From Terriglobia bacterium (lineage in GTDB: Bacteria; Acidobacteriota; Terriglobia; 20CM-2-55-15), in the NCBI GenBank assembly GCA_965218585.1, contig CBDCLE010000004.1:96001-160000 (forward strand): a DNA stretch of 64,000 bases, given 5' to 3'. Position numbers and translations under genes: made by a program. Below the pieces are notes generated by a model. It worked only from the letters and a program-made list of their open reading frames with translations. It did no database searches and was not told where the DNA came from. This document shows positions 20,767 through 34,898 of this stretch, piece by piece; position 1 is the stretch's first letter, and the number at the start of each line of letters is the position of its first letter.

Positions 20767-22653
20767 CTATATAGTTACGGCCGATTTGGGGATGGGTTTG
20801 CGGTTTCGCCCCAGCTCCAGATGGAGCAGGACGATGGAGAGCGCTGCAGGCGTGATTCCAGGGATTCGGCTTGCCTGGCCGATCGATTCAGGGCGGATCT
20901 GGGTGAGTTTTTCGGTGACTTCCGCTGAAAGGCCCGGCATAGCGGAATAATCGAGCTCTGCGGGCAGCGTCCGTTCTTCCGACTTCCGTAACCTTTCGAT
21001 CTGGCGTTCCTGCTGCTTGAGATAGCCTTCGTACTTGATCGCTGTCTCGACCGACACAACATCTTCCGGTCTCAGGCCGTCTGTTGACACGATCCCGGCC
21101 GCGGCAAGCGCTTCGAGCCGGATTTCCGGCCTTTTCAATAGGTCATGCAGCCGCGGTTTTTCCCGCAGCTCGATTCCTTGTTCTGCAAAGAACCGATGCG
21201 AAGGATCTATCCGAGTGTCCGCCACGGAAGCGCGTAGGCGGTCGATCCGGACGCGGCGGGCTTCAAAGAGTTCCCACTGGCTGTCGTCAACGAGTCCACA
21301 GGCCCGGCCCACCGGTGTTAGGCGCAGGTCTGCGTTGTCGATACGCAGCTTCAGCCGGAACTCCGCTCTCGACGTGAACATGCGGTACGGCTCGTTCGTT
21401 CCTTTCGTTACCAGGTCGTCGATCATGATGCCGATGTACGCGTCGGATCGGCCCAGCACGAGCGGGCGCTCACCCTGAACCTGTCGTGCCGCGTTGATTC
21501 CCGCCATGACCCCCTGTGCTGCGGCCTCTTCATAGCCGGTCGTGCCGTTAATCTGTCCGGCGAGGAAAAGGCCCGGATAGCGCTTGGTCTCCAACGAACG
21601 CTCCAACTCCGTTGGCTGGACAAAATCGTACTCGATCGCGTACCCAGGACGAATCATGGTAGCCGACCGGAGACCGTCCATCTCGGCGAGCATCTCCCGC
21701 TGAACCTCAATGGGGAGGCTCGTGGACAGCCCGTTCACATAGACCTCGTGGGTGTTCAGGCCTTCGGGTTCGAGAACGATCTGATGCTGGTTCCTGTCGG
21801 GAAACTTAACGACCTTGTCTTCGATCGATGGGCAGTAGCGGGGCCCCAGACCCTTTATCTGCCCGCTGTAAAGCGGCGATCGGTCCATGTTCTTCCGGAT
21901 GAGTTCGTGGATACGCTCGTCGGTTCGCGTGATGTAACAGGAGATCTTGTTCTGGAGAGGCTGCTCGGTCCGAAAAGAAAACGGCGTTGGGTTCGCGTCG
22001 CCCGGCTGTTTCTCGAAACGGTCGAAGTCGATCGTCCGGGCGTCCAGCCGAGGCGGTGTGCCGGTTTTGAGGCGGCCCCACTCGAATCCCATTGCCCGGA
22101 CGGAGTTGCCCAGAGCGCTGGACGCCGCTTCGCCATTGCGCCCTGCAGCAAACTGCTTCTCGCCGATATGGATCAGGCCGTTCAGGAAGGTTCCCGTCGT
22201 CAGTATTAGAGCCCCGGCTGCCACACGACGTCCATCCATCAATTCGATACCGGAAGCACGGGATCCTTCAAATAGAATCTCCGTCACTTCGGCCTGCTTG
22301 ATGTAAAGGTTCTCCTGCAGCTCGAGGACGTTCCGCATTTCCTGTCGGTAGGCGGCCTTGTCGGCCTGTGCTCGCGGTGACCAGACGGCCGGACCGCGAC
22401 TCGTATTCAACAGGCGGAACTGAATTCCAGCGCGATCTGCAACGACGCCCATGATGCCGCCAATCGCGTCTATTTCCCGCACAAGGTGACCCTTGGCAAC
22501 ACCTCCGACAGCAGGATTGCAGGACATCTGCGCAATCAGGTCGGCGTTCATCGTGTAGAGCGCGGTCTGAAGGCCCAGCTGCGCTGCAGCATGCGCCGCC
22601 TCACAACCGGCGTGTCCGGCACCAACCACTACAACTTCGTAACTTTCGTCCAT
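20767..22653 (-). CDS. mnmG: tRNA uridine-5-carboxymethylaminomethyl modification enzyme
   Basis: [44 protein letters not shown]. Confidence 0.98.
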   Translation of the reverse strand: MDESYEVVVVGAGHAGCEAAHAAAQLGLQTALYTMNADLIAQMSCNPAVGGVAKGHLVREIDAIGGIMGVVADRAGIQFRLLNTSRGPAVWSPRAQADKAAYRQEMRNVLELQENLYIKQAEVTEILFEGSRASGIELMDGRRVAAGALILTTGTFLNGLIHIGEKQFAAGRNGEAASSALGNSVRAMGFEWGRLKTGTPPRLDARTIDFDRFEKQPGDANPTPFSFRTEQPLQNKISCYITRTDERIHELIRKNMDRSPLYSGQIKGLGPRYCPSIEDKVVKFPDRNQHQIVLEPEGLNTHEVYVNGLSTSLPIEVQREMLAEMDGLRSATMIRPGYAIEYDFVQPTELERSLETKRYPGLFLAGQINGTTGYEEAAAQGVMAGINAARQVQGERPLVLGRSDAYIGIMIDDLVTKGTNEPYRMFTSRAEFRLKLRIDNADLRLTPVGRACGLVDDSQWELFEARRVRIDRLRASVADTRIDPSHRFFAEQGIELREKPRLHDLLKRPEIRLEALAAAGIVSTDGLRPEDVVSVETAIKYEGYLKQQERQIERLRKSEERTLPAELDYSAMPGLSAEVTEKLTQIRPESIGQASRIPGITPAALSIVLLHLELGRNRKPIPKSAVTI

Positions 22654-22708
22654 TATTTAGCGTCGGGCCCACCGGACCTGTGTCTGGCGCCGACCCTCCC
22701 GCTCGTCA

Positions 22709-24070
22709 CTACTTCCCGATACAGAACGTCGAAAAAATTCTATCCAGTATATCGTCCGTTGCGACTTCACCGGTCAACTCGCCAATGGAAGACAATGCTG
22801 CGTAGAGATCCAACAGGACCATTTCGTGGGGGACCTCGGTCATCAAAGCTGTCGCCGCACTCTCGAGGTTGTCCGTGGCTGCCTTCAGAGCTTCCAGCTG
22901 CCGCTGGTTTGTAAGGACAAACCCTTCGGCGTCGGCGGGACGTTGTTCGTTAATATAACTTCCGATTTCTCGTTCAAGATCTTCCATTCCCGTGCCCGCA
23001 AGCGCGCTCACCCTCACTGCATTCCATCCATTGGATTCTTCCCACTCGGCGGGTAGATCCTGCTTGTTGATGACGACCAGGTGCGGTCGATCCTGAACCC
23101 TTTCGAGAATGGAACGGTCGTCCTCGTCCAGCTCCCGGGAACGATCCAGCACTACCAACGTCAGGTCGGCCTCTCCAAGTGCGGCCAGCGTTCGTGAGAC
23201 GCCCATTGCCTCCACGGTCTCTGTCGCGTCCCGGACCCCGGCGGTATCGGCAAATCGTACGGGCACTCCGCCAACGGAAACGGTTTCGGTCAGCACGTCG
23301 CGTGTTGTGCCAGCAACTTCTGTGACGATTGCGCGGTCATTGGAAACGAGCCGGTTAAACAAGCTCGACTTTCCAACGTTGGGTTTTCCGGCGATCGCGA
23401 GACACAGCCCACCGCCGAGGAGCCGCCCGTACTGAAACGTTTCGGTCAGTTTCCGAAGGCTCGCTGCAATCATCGAAATCCTCTTCGCGGCTTCGGTCGG
23501 TGCGGGTGGTTCGACTTCGTCTTCGGCGAAGTCGATGCCGGCCTCCAGCTCTGCAATTACCGCAACCAGTGTGTCCTTGTCCGGACCGACACGCTTTGAA
23601 AGTGCTCCGTCCATCTGCAACATGGCGGTGCGAGCCTGCGTTTCGGTCTGCGCTTCGATAAAGTCTCGGACAGCTTCAGCCCCGGCTAGATCCATCTTTC
23701 CGTGAGCGACAGCTCGTAAGGTGAATTCTCCCGGCCCCGCGCGCCGTGCACCCGAAGAAACCAGCTCAGAAGTGATCGTGTTCAGTATTAGCGGATTGCC
23801 GTGGGCACTGATTTCAGCGACGTCTTCGCCAGTGTATGAGTGCGGTCCTTTGAAGAACGTGACCACGACTCGGTCGAGTGTGTCTCCCTGGCTTGTGCGA
23901 AAGCTACCGTAGCGCGCGCGCCGGTCTTCAAAAGACTCTTTGCTCTGGAACGAGCGTTCGACGATTGTCTGAGCGTCCGAACCTGAAAGCCGGACAATAC
24001 CGATGCCGCTCCGTCCATGCGGCGTGGATATAGCTACGATCGTGTCGTCGGATGGATAGGTCGCCGGCAT
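22709..24070 (-). CDS. mnmE: tRNA modification GTPase
   Basis: GKPNVGKSS, GTTRD, DTAG, C-terminal FCIGK. Confidence 0.98.
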   Translation of the reverse strand: MPATYPSDDTIVAISTPHGRSGIGIVRLSGSDAQTIVERSFQSKESFEDRRARYGSFRTSQGDTLDRVVVTFFKGPHSYTGEDVAEISAHGNPLILNTITSELVSSGARRAGPGEFTLRAVAHGKMDLAGAEAVRDFIEAQTETQARTAMLQMDGALSKRVGPDKDTLVAVIAELEAGIDFAEDEVEPPAPTEAAKRISMIAASLRKLTETFQYGRLLGGGLCLAIAGKPNVGKSSLFNRLVSNDRAIVTEVAGTTRDVLTETVSVGGVPVRFADTAGVRDATETVEAMGVSRTLAALGEADLTLVVLDRSRELDEDDRSILERVQDRPHLVVINKQDLPAEWEESNGWNAVRVSALAGTGMEDLEREIGSYINEQRPADAEGFVLTNQRQLEALKAATDNLESAATALMTEVPHEMVLLDLYAALSSIGELTGEVATDDILDRIFSTFCIGK

Positions 24071-24134
24071 TTTCCCTAAAGTTGTAAAGATGAAAATCCT
24101 GCCGTACAGGCTCTCCTCAACAGATAACTTCTAG

Positions 24135-25907
24135 CTATTTTTTGCGTCCCTTCCGGCGTCTGCGTTTGGGCGCGGCGGGCTTCGCGTCCGGCGTTGGCTC
24201 GGGTGAGATCATCTCCTCGGGAGGCGATTCTTCTTCTTTCTCTTTCTCGTCCTGCTTGTTCTTCCCTACGTCGGACCGGTAACGCTTGTTGATGTAGTAC
24301 TGCTGTCCGATACCCAGCAGGTTCCCCGTCAGCCAATAGAGCATGAGTCCACTCGATTGGGTCGCGAACATCACGATGAGCACGAGTGGCATGAGTCGCA
24401 TCATCCGAACCATGTTCGGATCACCTGTCATCGGCGTCATGGTCTGCATTGCAAACATCGAACCACCCATCAGGACTGGCATAACGTAGTAGGGGTCAGC
24501 GGCAGACAAGTCATGGATCCACAGCGCCCAGGGCGCGCCGCGCAATTCGATCGAGGTTCGGAGCATGCTGAATACCGCGAACAGAAACGGCATCTGCAAG
24601 AGGATGGGCAGACACCCGCCCATGGGGTTGACGCCGTGTTTCTTGTAGAGGCCCATCATCTCCGCCTGCACTTCCTGCTTGCGCGGGTCACTGCCCTTGA
24701 GCTTCTTGAGCTTGTCCTGTAGCGTCCGCATCTGCGGCTGGATCTTGCTCATCTTCAACATCGACAACTGCTGTTTGAGGCGTAGCGGAAAAAGGATGAA
24801 GTTGATCCCGAGCGTCAGGATGATGATGGCCCACCCGAAGTTGCCCACGTATCCATGGATCCACAGAAGGATAAATAGCAGGGGGCGTACCATGATTTCG
24901 AAGAAACCGTAATTGACTGCTTCGACCAGATTAGGATCGACCTGCCGAAGAGCGTCCTGCTGTTTCGGCCCAACGTAAAGTTCGATGGCTTCGCCGTCGT
25001 AGGGAATCTGAACGCGAGGGGCAAGTACTGCGTCCTCGGCCGCCGGATCCACAACCACACCCGTTGCCGCGGGAAGAGCGCCGTTGGGCAGGCGGAACAT
25101 CGCCAGGAAAAACTGGTCTTCAAGGCCCACATAGGTTGTGGGCGTCACACCCTGCGGCTCATCCAGTCTGCTTACGTTGATCCGCTCGAACTCTCCGGCC
25201 TCGAAGTAAACGATGTTCGTCTCACGCGGTTGATAGTCTCTGGACTGGTCTCCGAATTCTCCCTGAAGCACGAAGGAAAACGGAACCGGTTCGCCATTCC
25301 GCGTGACGTCGGCGTCGACCACTACCGCATATGTTTCCGGGTCGAAAGTAAACTCCTTGACCACCTGAAGCCCACCCGAACCGTAGCGCAATCGCACGCC
25401 GTTGGCATCCTGTTCCGTCACGAAAAGCGCCGACTGGATAGCTTCGTCGAGTGCGGCATCGCCGGTAGCGATCGCTAGGGGCCATCCAACGCTTTCGCCA
25501 ACATCAGAATCAATGAGTTCGAGCGGTTCGCCCTCTTCCCCTGCATAATTCTTTAACCGAACGCTTTCCAGGCTCGCGCCCTGGTTGCTGATACGAACTT
25601 CGAACCGGGCTGTGTCGATCCGGATCGTCTCTACGTTCGCGGCTTCCAACTCCAGCACGACTTCTTCGGTATCCGCCGATTCAAGAACCGCTTCTTCTAC
25701 GTTCGCGGCTTCGTTTAAAGGCGGGGCCGTCGGTTCGCTCTCCACGGGAACGGACGGTGTTTCACTTTCCTCGGCAATCTCGCTTCCGGCATCAGGAATT
25801 ACTTCGGGGGAGGTGGGTGGTGGCGAGAACAACCAGAACCAGGCCGACAGCACAGCCAAAGAGAGGGCAAAGGAGAGAAGGATCCGTTTTTCCATTGATT
25901 CTTCCAC
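24135..25907 (-). CDS. yidC: Membrane protein insertase
   Basis: GNFGWAII, GVNPMGGCLPILLQMP, LYW. Confidence 0.96.
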   Translation of the reverse strand: MEESMEKRILLSFALSLAVLSAWFWLFSPPPTSPEVIPDAGSEIAEESETPSVPVESEPTAPPLNEAANVEEAVLESADTEEVVLELEAANVETIRIDTARFEVRISNQGASLESVRLKNYAGEEGEPLELIDSDVGESVGWPLAIATGDAALDEAIQSALFVTEQDANGVRLRYGSGGLQVVKEFTFDPETYAVVVDADVTRNGEPVPFSFVLQGEFGDQSRDYQPRETNIVYFEAGEFERINVSRLDEPQGVTPTTYVGLEDQFFLAMFRLPNGALPAATGVVVDPAAEDAVLAPRVQIPYDGEAIELYVGPKQQDALRQVDPNLVEAVNYGFFEIMVRPLLFILLWIHGYVGNFGWAIIILTLGINFILFPLRLKQQLSMLKMSKIQPQMRTLQDKLKKLKGSDPRKQEVQAEMMGLYKKHGVNPMGGCLPILLQMPFLFAVFSMLRTSIELRGAPWALWIHDLSAADPYYVMPVLMGGSMFAMQTMTPMTGDPNMVRMMRLMPLVLIVMFATQSSGLMLYWLTGNLLGIGQQYYINKRYRSDVGKNKQDEKEKEEESPPEEMISPEPTPDAKPAAPKRRRRKGRKK

Positions 25908-25916
25908 GGTCCCTCC

Positions 25917-26153
25917 TCAGTCCAACAGATCCACACCCCCGCTGTGCAGCGGGTGGCATCTCGACAAACGCCGAAGTGTTTTCCAAGATCCCCGAATCAC
26001 GCCGTACTTTTCTACGGCCTGGCTTGCATACTCCGAGCATGTTGGCACAAACCGGCATGCGGGAGGCAGCCAGGGCGACAGGACTTTCTTATATCCCCAG
26101 ATCATTCCGAGCGCGATCGATGAAAAAAATGATGTGGTCTCGGTGTCTTTCAT
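25917..26153 (-). CDS. yidD: Membrane protein insertion efficiency factor
   Basis: CRFVPTCSEY...RCHP. Confidence 0.95.
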   Translation of the reverse strand: MKDTETTSFFSSIALGMIWGYKKVLSPWLPPACRFVPTCSEYASQAVEKYGVIRGSWKTLRRLSRCHPLHSGGVDLLD

Positions 26154-26521
26154 GGCGTCGTCCGGAGCACAGACACTAGCTCCGTTCGAAGCGTCTCGAA
26201 GTCCCTCTCCAGGACCGATCGCCGCAGATTAAGAACAACATCAAAACCGGACGGAAATCCTCTTCGCTCCCGCCGAAGAATTTCTCGGATTCTGCGACGA
26301 ATTCGATTTCTTTCATGAGCTTTCCCGAGTTTGCGCGGGGTCGTCAACCCGAACCGGGTCACTTTCGTATCGTTGGGCAGGAAAAAAACGACGAACGAGC
26401 GGGATGTTTTCTTCTTTCCGCCGGCGTAAACAGCTTTGAATTCGCCCGCCTTCCGAAGCCGGGCTTCTTTCGGAAATCGGGCGTCGCCCTCCGTCGCCGG
26501 ATTGCGATCAGTAGTGCTCAA
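26150..26521 (-). CDS. rnpA: Ribonuclease P protein component
   Basis: RFGL...[15 protein letters not shown] (RNR motif). Confidence 0.95.
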   Translation of the reverse strand: MSTTDRNPATEGDARFPKEARLRKAGEFKAVYAGGKKKTSRSFVVFFLPNDTKVTRFGLTTPRKLGKAHERNRIRRRIREILRRERRGFPSGFDVVLNLRRSVLERDFETLRTELVSVLRTTP

Positions 26522-26654
26522 CTGAAAGTCGTTTTCGGCCCCTGGCCCGCCGACGTTTCAGTACCAAGCGTCCGGCCTTTGTACTCATGCGGTGCCGGAA
26601 GCCATGCTTCTTGGCGCGCCTTCGATTGTTCGGTTGAAAGGTTCTCAGTGGCAT
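26508..26654 (-). CDS. rpmH: 50S ribosomal protein L34, not in the ORF track
   Basis: Manual translation [48 protein letters not shown]. Confidence 0.97.
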   Translation of the reverse strand: MPLRTFQPNNRRRAKKHGFRHRMSTKAGRLVLKRRRARGRKRLSVEHY

Positions 26655-26859
26655 TCTTATAGCTCTGTGTGTTTGGAAAACCATGAATTTACCATCTGGC
26701 TGGGCTGGGGGTCAAGCTACGTCTTTGATATAAAACCTTTTACTTGATCGGCGTGTCCCTTCCGGCGCGTAAATTTTTCGCGCTTTTCCTGATTGAAAAC
26801 GCCCGGCGAAAAGTGTTACGCTTCGCGCTCGCACGGCAGGAAAAGTAACCTGTAAACCC

Positions 26860-26900
26860 CCAGATTTCCACAGGTTGTGGAAATCTCTGTGGAAATCTAC
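26860..26900. promoter_or_regulatory. DnaA-box cluster upstream of dnaA
   Basis: ATTTCCACA and two TGTGGAAAT copies. Confidence 0.55.
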
Positions 26901-26929
26901 CCCCTTTCCTTCGCTTTACGGACCGCAAA

Positions 26930-28234
26930 ATGGACACCTGGCAGCAAGTTCTCTCTGTTATCGAGAAAAAGGTCAACCGGCAAAGCTACAACACCTGGTT
27001 CAGGCCGACTCAGTTGGTGCGTCATGACGGAAGCGCACTCTACGTCCGTGTTCCGAATTCCTTCTTTCAGGATTGGCTCAACGATCACATCGATGTCGTC
27101 ATCGAGGCGGCCCAAAAGGCCGGCATTGGGGACATCAAGGTGGTCTATGTCGTCGAGGAAAAACCCGCCGTTACCCCGAAAGGAACGCTTCAGGGTCAGC
27201 TGGATTTCGACTCGGTCGCGAACACGCTCAACTCCAAATACACCTTCGACACGTTCGTTGTCGGCTCCTCGAACCAGTTCGCCCATGCCGCAGCTCTCGC
27301 TGTAGCCGAGCGACCATCAAAAGCCTACAACCCGCTTTTCCTGTACGGCGGCGTGGGCCTGGGCAAGACCCACCTGATGCATGCAATCGGTCAATCCATC
27401 AAGGGTGGAGACCAGTCGCTTCGCCTCGCCTATGTCTCGACCGAGAAGTTCACCAATGAGATGATCAACGCGATTCGTTATGACCGGCTTCCCGCTTTCC
27501 GCGAGCGCTACCGCGGTCATGATGTCCTCCTGATAGACGACATTCAGTTTATTGCCGGCAAAGAACGCACCCAGGAAGAGCTCTTTCACACCTTCAATGC
27601 GCTTTACGACAGGCAGAAACAGATTGTTATATCTGCGGACTGTCCGCCACGCGAGATTCCAACCCTCGAAGAGCGGCTGCGCTCCCGCTTCGAGTGGGGC
27701 CTGATCGCCGATATCCAACAACCGGATCTCGAAACCAAGATCGCGATTCTTCGTAAGAAAGCAGAGCGTCAAAAGATCATTCTTCCGGACAATGTCGCGA
27801 TTTATATCGCCAGCAAGGTCCGGTCGAATATTCGCGAACTCGAAGGCGCCCTTGTTCGCCTCATTGCGTATTGCTCGTTAACCGGGGCGGAAATCACGCT
27901 TCCAATGGCCCAGGAGACCCTCCGTGATCTCTTTAATCCCGGCGAGAAACCGATTTCGATCGAAATGATCCAGAAAGCTATTTCCGACCACTATGGGCTT
28001 CGCGTCCAGGAGTTGAAGTCCAAGAACAACTCCAGAGCGATTGCGCTGCCGCGGCAAATCTGCATGTACCTTTGCAAGCAACTCACCGGGGCATCCCTGC
28101 CCAAGATCGGGCGAGAGTTCGGGGGAAAACACCACACAACGGTCCTCCATTCCGTCTCGAAAATTGATCAACTCCGGCAGAAGGATAAGGAGATCGACAA
28201 ACTTCTCCGGACATTTACGGACTCGTTTAACTGA
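26930..28234 (+). CDS. dnaA: Chromosomal replication initiator
   Basis: YNPLFLYGGVGLGKTHL, LLIDDIQF, RSRFEWGL, HTTVLH. Confidence 0.99.
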   Translation: MDTWQQVLSVIEKKVNRQSYNTWFRPTQLVRHDGSALYVRVPNSFFQDWLNDHIDVVIEAAQKAGIGDIKVVYVVEEKPAVTPKGTLQGQLDFDSVANTLNSKYTFDTFVVGSSNQFAHAAALAVAERPSKAYNPLFLYGGVGLGKTHLMHAIGQSIKGGDQSLRLAYVSTEKFTNEMINAIRYDRLPAFRERYRGHDVLLIDDIQFIAGKERTQEELFHTFNALYDRQKQIVISADCPPREIPTLEERLRSRFEWGLIADIQQPDLETKIAILRKKAERQKIILPDNVAIYIASKVRSNIRELEGALVRLIAYCSLTGAEITLPMAQETLRDLFNPGEKPISIEMIQKAISDHYGLRVQELKSKNNSRAIALPRQICMYLCKQLTGASLPKIGREFGGKHHTTVLHSVSKIDQLRQKDKEIDKLLRTFTDSFN

Positions 28235-28469
28235 TCCCCCGGGGTAGGGTTCGCGCGCCGAGACGGGGGCTCTTTCCTCAGGCTGGTGGGTCCTGATGTG
28301 GACAAGCTGTGAATAGGATTAATGAGGCGACATTTCCACAGATGTTACACCGATTGCGGCTTGCTATCTCCACACGTAAAGACGGCGTAAGGCGCACAAA
28401 ACATAACGATTTATGGATAGTATCCTCTGTATCCACAGGATATAGAGATAAAGATATATAACAACCAGT
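28235..28469. other. Probable oriC (dnaA-dnaN intergenic)
   Basis: Several DnaA-box-like nonamers (TGTGGACAA 28297, ATTTCCACA about 28331, GTATCCACA 28429) followed by an A-rich unwinding tract at 28439-28466. Confidence 0.8.
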
Positions 28470-29582
28470 ATGGAATTTAAGATTAAGAAGTTCGATCTCT
28501 TGCACGAACTGACGCTGATTCAGGGTGTTGTCGAGCGCAAAACGACGATTCCTATTCTGGCGAATGTTCTACTTCACGTCGAAGAAAACAGGCTGGGGAT
28601 TATCGCAACAGACCTCGAAACAGGTTTGAAGTCGGCTTGCGAGGCCAAGGTAACCGCGAGCGGAACGATCACGCTGCCTGCGAAGCGACTGTATGAAATC
28701 GTCCGGGCCTTACCGGACAAAGAGATTCGTTTCAAACAGGGCGATGCCAACTGGGCAACCGTAACATGCGGGTCGAGTCGCTTTCGGATAGCCGGCCTAC
28801 CGCAGGAAGATTTCCCGAAGCTTCCCGATGCGGCCGGCAACGGAATCACGATTCCCGGTGAGACGATGTCACAGTTGATAACACGGACGATCTATGCGAT
28901 CAGCACGGAGGACTCGAAATATACGTTCAGCGGGGCACTTCTGGTCATGAAGCCTGGATCGTTGACGATGGTTGCAACCGACGGGCATCGGCTCTCTTAT
29001 GTCGAGAAACGCGGCGAGCTGGAGGATCTTTCCGAAGAGACGAAAATTCTGATTCCCAAGAAGGCGATGAGCGAATTACTCCGAATGCTCACAGAGAGTA
29101 ATGAGCAGGAAGACATCCGATTCTCTCGTGACGAGAATCACCTGTTTTTCGATTTGGGTCAGCGGTTGCTGACTTCCCGGGTGCTGAGCGGACAGTTTCC
29201 AAACTGGGAGGCCGTGCTGCCCCGAAGCAACGATCGTACATTTGCGATCGGGCGGGACGAGGTCGCCGCAGCCATCCGACGCATCGCAATCCTTGCTGAT
29301 GAGCGATCTAAGACCGTTCGCTTTGGCCTGAGCAAGGGTTCGCTGGAGTTAGCCTCCAGCCATTCCGACCTTGGAGAGGCAACCGAAACGATAGAAATCG
29401 AATATGACGGCGAGGAGTTTCAGATCGGATTTAATTACCAGTATCTGATCGATTTCCTGTCGACGATTCCCGAGACAGAGGTTTCTTTTGAATTCAAGGA
29501 TGGAGAGAGCGCGACCCAATTGAGGGCATTGCCGGGAGAGGACTACAACAGCCGTTATATCGTGATGCCTATGCGTATTTAG
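28470..29582 (+). CDS. dnaN: DNA polymerase III beta clamp
   Basis: TIPILANV, ATDLE, ATDGHRL, C-terminal VMPMRI. Confidence 0.98.
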   Translation: MEFKIKKFDLLHELTLIQGVVERKTTIPILANVLLHVEENRLGIIATDLETGLKSACEAKVTASGTITLPAKRLYEIVRALPDKEIRFKQGDANWATVTCGSSRFRIAGLPQEDFPKLPDAAGNGITIPGETMSQLITRTIYAISTEDSKYTFSGALLVMKPGSLTMVATDGHRLSYVEKRGELEDLSEETKILIPKKAMSELLRMLTESNEQEDIRFSRDENHLFFDLGQRLLTSRVLSGQFPNWEAVLPRSNDRTFAIGRDEVAAAIRRIAILADERSKTVRFGLSKGSLELASSHSDLGEATETIEIEYDGEEFQIGFNYQYLIDFLSTIPETEVSFEFKDGESATQLRALPGEDYNSRYIVMPMRI

Positions 29583-29912
29583 CCAACCAGACGAAAACCC
29601 GACATAAACAGCTCTATTATATTGACTTATGCCCGATCCGCCGACTTCCCACTTTTGGGCTGATCGGAATCTGCCCAAATACCCCCCGATTTCGTCTTCC
29701 TGCCGCCCCTTTCATAAGGCAAAAGCCGTTATTTTCTGGTAAAATAGCGGCTTGTTTAACCCCCCGGAGGCCGACCTGAGACACCATCTGAGCAGATCAA
29801 GGCGCCCGCGCCACCCAAGGCCCCATAAGCGCATACAAATAAATAGCTTACAGCGAATCCGGCCTCTTGCCTCGATTCGCTCCGCTTCTTGGCAGTGGCG
29901 AGGACCTGCTGA

Positions 29913-32336
<2,424 letters not shown>

Positions 32337-32392
32337 ATCAATGCGGCATCTGCGTAATCAACTTCAATCCGTGACGTCGGTGTAACAAAACG

Positions 32393-34873
32393 ATGGCAGA
32401 CGAGAACACACCCTCAGGGCAGAATCACGTCCCGGTAAATATCGAAGACGAGATGCGTCGGTCGTATCTCGATTACGCGATGAGCGTGATCATTGGCCGC
32501 GCGTTGCCGGACGTGCGCGATGGCCTGAAGCCGGTACACCGCAGGATTCTGTACGGCATGCGCGGCATGGGCCTGGCATCGAACCGACCTTACAGAAAGT
32601 GCGCCAAGATCGTTGGCGAGGTCATGGGGAACTACCACCCCCACGGCGACAGCGCCATATACGACTCAGTTGTTCGAATGGCGCAGCACTTTTCCTGCCG
32701 CTATCCGCTGGTGGACGGACAGGGCAATTTCGGTTCGGTTGACGGCGACCCTCCGGCCGCAATGCGTTACACCGAGGCGCGGATGGAAGCGCTATCCGAG
32801 GCACTGCTCGAGGACATCGATAATGACACCGTCGACTTTGTTCCGACCTATGATGAGTCTTCCGAGGAGCCGTCCTTTCTCCCCGCCAGGGTTCCCGGAC
32901 TGCTGGTTAACGGATCGGGCGGAATTGCGGTCGGCATGGCCACAAACATGCCCCCGCACAACCTGACGGAAATCTGCAGCGCCGTCATTCACATGATCAA
33001 CAAGAAGAGCGCGACCTATGAAGAGATTGCCGCGCTTGTTCCCGGCCCCGACTTTCCCACAGCGGGATTTATCTACGGACGGAGTGGCATCCAGAGAGCA
33101 TACCGCGAAGGGCGTGGACAGATCACAATGCGGGCGCGAGCGACGATCGAACCCATGGTAGGGAAGGAGCGCCACGCGATCCTCATTACGGAGATTCCAT
33201 ACCAGGTCAACAAGGCGCGGCTCATCGAAAAGATTGCGGAACTGGTGCAGAGCAAGCGGGTGGAGGGGATATCGGATATTCGCGATGAAAGCGATCGCGA
33301 CGGCGTTCGCGTTGTTGTTGAGCTCAAGCGTGGCGAACAGCCGACGATCATCCTGAACAAGTTGTACAAATTGACGCCGATGCAAACGACTTTCGGCGTG
33401 ATCAATCTGGCGATCGTCAACGGGCAACCGCGCGTCCTGACCTTGATGCAGCTGTTGCGGCATTTCATCGACCACAGGATCGACGTCGTTCGCCGCCGGA
33501 CACAGTTCCTTCTGCGCCAGGCCGAAGAGCGGGCCCATCTGCTGGAAGGTCTTCAGACAGCGCTGGACCACATTGACGAGGTCATCAAGCTAATCCGTGC
33601 GGCAAAGACGCCTCCCGAGGCGAAAGACAGATTGATGGCGCAATTTGAATTCAGCGACCGTCAGGCGAAAGCGATTCTGGAGATGCAGCTTCAACGCCTC
33701 ACGAACCTGGAGCGGCAGAAGATTGAAGATGAGCTGAAAGACCTCATGGAAAAGATCGCGGATTACAACGAGATCCTTGCCAACGAGAACCGGTTACGCC
33801 AGGTGATTGTTAAGGAGTTGCGCGAAGTACAGAAGAAGTTTGGGGACGAACGCCGGACCGAGATCATCGACGAAGAAGCCGAGCTGAGCATCGAGGATCT
33901 CATCGCCGACGAAGACGTCGTGATCACGCTGAGCCACACCGGCTATATCAAACGCACGCAGCTTGCGATCTACAGAAACCAGGGCCGTGGCGGCAAGGGG
34001 CGAATTGGAATGAAAACCCGCGAAGAAGACGTCGTCACCAACATGTATGTGGCCAGCACGCACAGCTACATGTTGGTGTTCACGAATCGCGGGAAACTGC
34101 ATTGGCTGAAGGTCTATGAGATTCCTGATGTGGGTGCCAACGGAAGAGGAAAAGCAATCGTCAACCTCGTCAACATAGCGCCCGGCGATAAAGTTGCTGC
34201 CGTTGTTTCAGTGAAGGGATTCGAAGACGCAGCTTCCGTCGTGATGGCGACACGGCAGGGCCAGGTCAAGAAAACGGCACTGGCGGCGTTCAGCAATCCG
34301 TCTTCGCGCGGCATCATCGCGATGAACCTGCCAGACGAGGATGAACTGATAGCGGCCCAACTCATCACGGACAATGAGAGCATCGTTATCGGAACGCACA
34401 AGGGGCTCTCGATACGGTTCGGCAAGGACGACGTCCGCCAGATGGGCCGTACCGCATACGGTGTTCGTGGCATCCGACTGGTCAAAGACGACTATGTCGT
34501 CGGTATGATTGCCGCAGACGAGGAAGGCATGATCCTGAGTGTCACCGAACGCGGCTTCGGTAAGCGGACCAAGATCGCTGAATACCGGACGCAGACCCGG
34601 GGCGGGAAAGGGATCATCAACGTGAAAACGACGAAGCGAAACGGGAAGGTTGTCGCGATCATGCAGGTCACGGATGATTCGGGCCTGCTGATCATTACCG
34701 CGCAAGGAAAACTCATCCGCGTCAAGGCCTCCGGCATCCGACGGGTGGGCCGCAGCTCTCAAGGCGTGAAGCTTATCGATATACCCACCGAAGACCGCGT
34801 GGCAGCGGCGACCCTGGTCGAGAGTGAGAAGGTAGAAGATTTACCGTTGGAGCCGGAAGAGACGATCCACTAA
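32393..34873 (+). CDS. gyrA: DNA gyrase subunit A
   Basis: [16 protein letters not shown], GyrA-box QGRGGKG. Confidence 0.99.
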   Translation: MADENTPSGQNHVPVNIEDEMRRSYLDYAMSVIIGRALPDVRDGLKPVHRRILYGMRGMGLASNRPYRKCAKIVGEVMGNYHPHGDSAIYDSVVRMAQHFSCRYPLVDGQGNFGSVDGDPPAAMRYTEARMEALSEALLEDIDNDTVDFVPTYDESSEEPSFLPARVPGLLVNGSGGIAVGMATNMPPHNLTEICSAVIHMINKKSATYEEIAALVPGPDFPTAGFIYGRSGIQRAYREGRGQITMRARATIEPMVGKERHAILITEIPYQVNKARLIEKIAELVQSKRVEGISDIRDESDRDGVRVVVELKRGEQPTIILNKLYKLTPMQTTFGVINLAIVNGQPRVLTLMQLLRHFIDHRIDVVRRRTQFLLRQAEERAHLLEGLQTALDHIDEVIKLIRAAKTPPEAKDRLMAQFEFSDRQAKAILEMQLQRLTNLERQKIEDELKDLMEKIADYNEILANENRLRQVIVKELREVQKKFGDERRTEIIDEEAELSIEDLIADEDVVITLSHTGYIKRTQLAIYRNQGRGGKGRIGMKTREEDVVTNMYVASTHSYMLVFTNRGKLHWLKVYEIPDVGANGRGKAIVNLVNIAPGDKVAAVVSVKGFEDAASVVMATRQGQVKKTALAAFSNPSSRGIIAMNLPDEDELIAAQLITDNESIVIGTHKGLSIRFGKDDVRQMGRTAYGVRGIRLVKDDYVVGMIAADEEGMILSVTERGFGKRTKIAEYRTQTRGGKGIINVKTTKRNGKVVAIMQVTDDSGLLIITAQGKLIRVKASGIRRVGRSSQGVKLIDIPTEDRVAAATLVESEKVEDLPLEPEETIH

Positions 34874-34898
34874 ATCAGTCCCTTTCGCGGGGCCTTTC

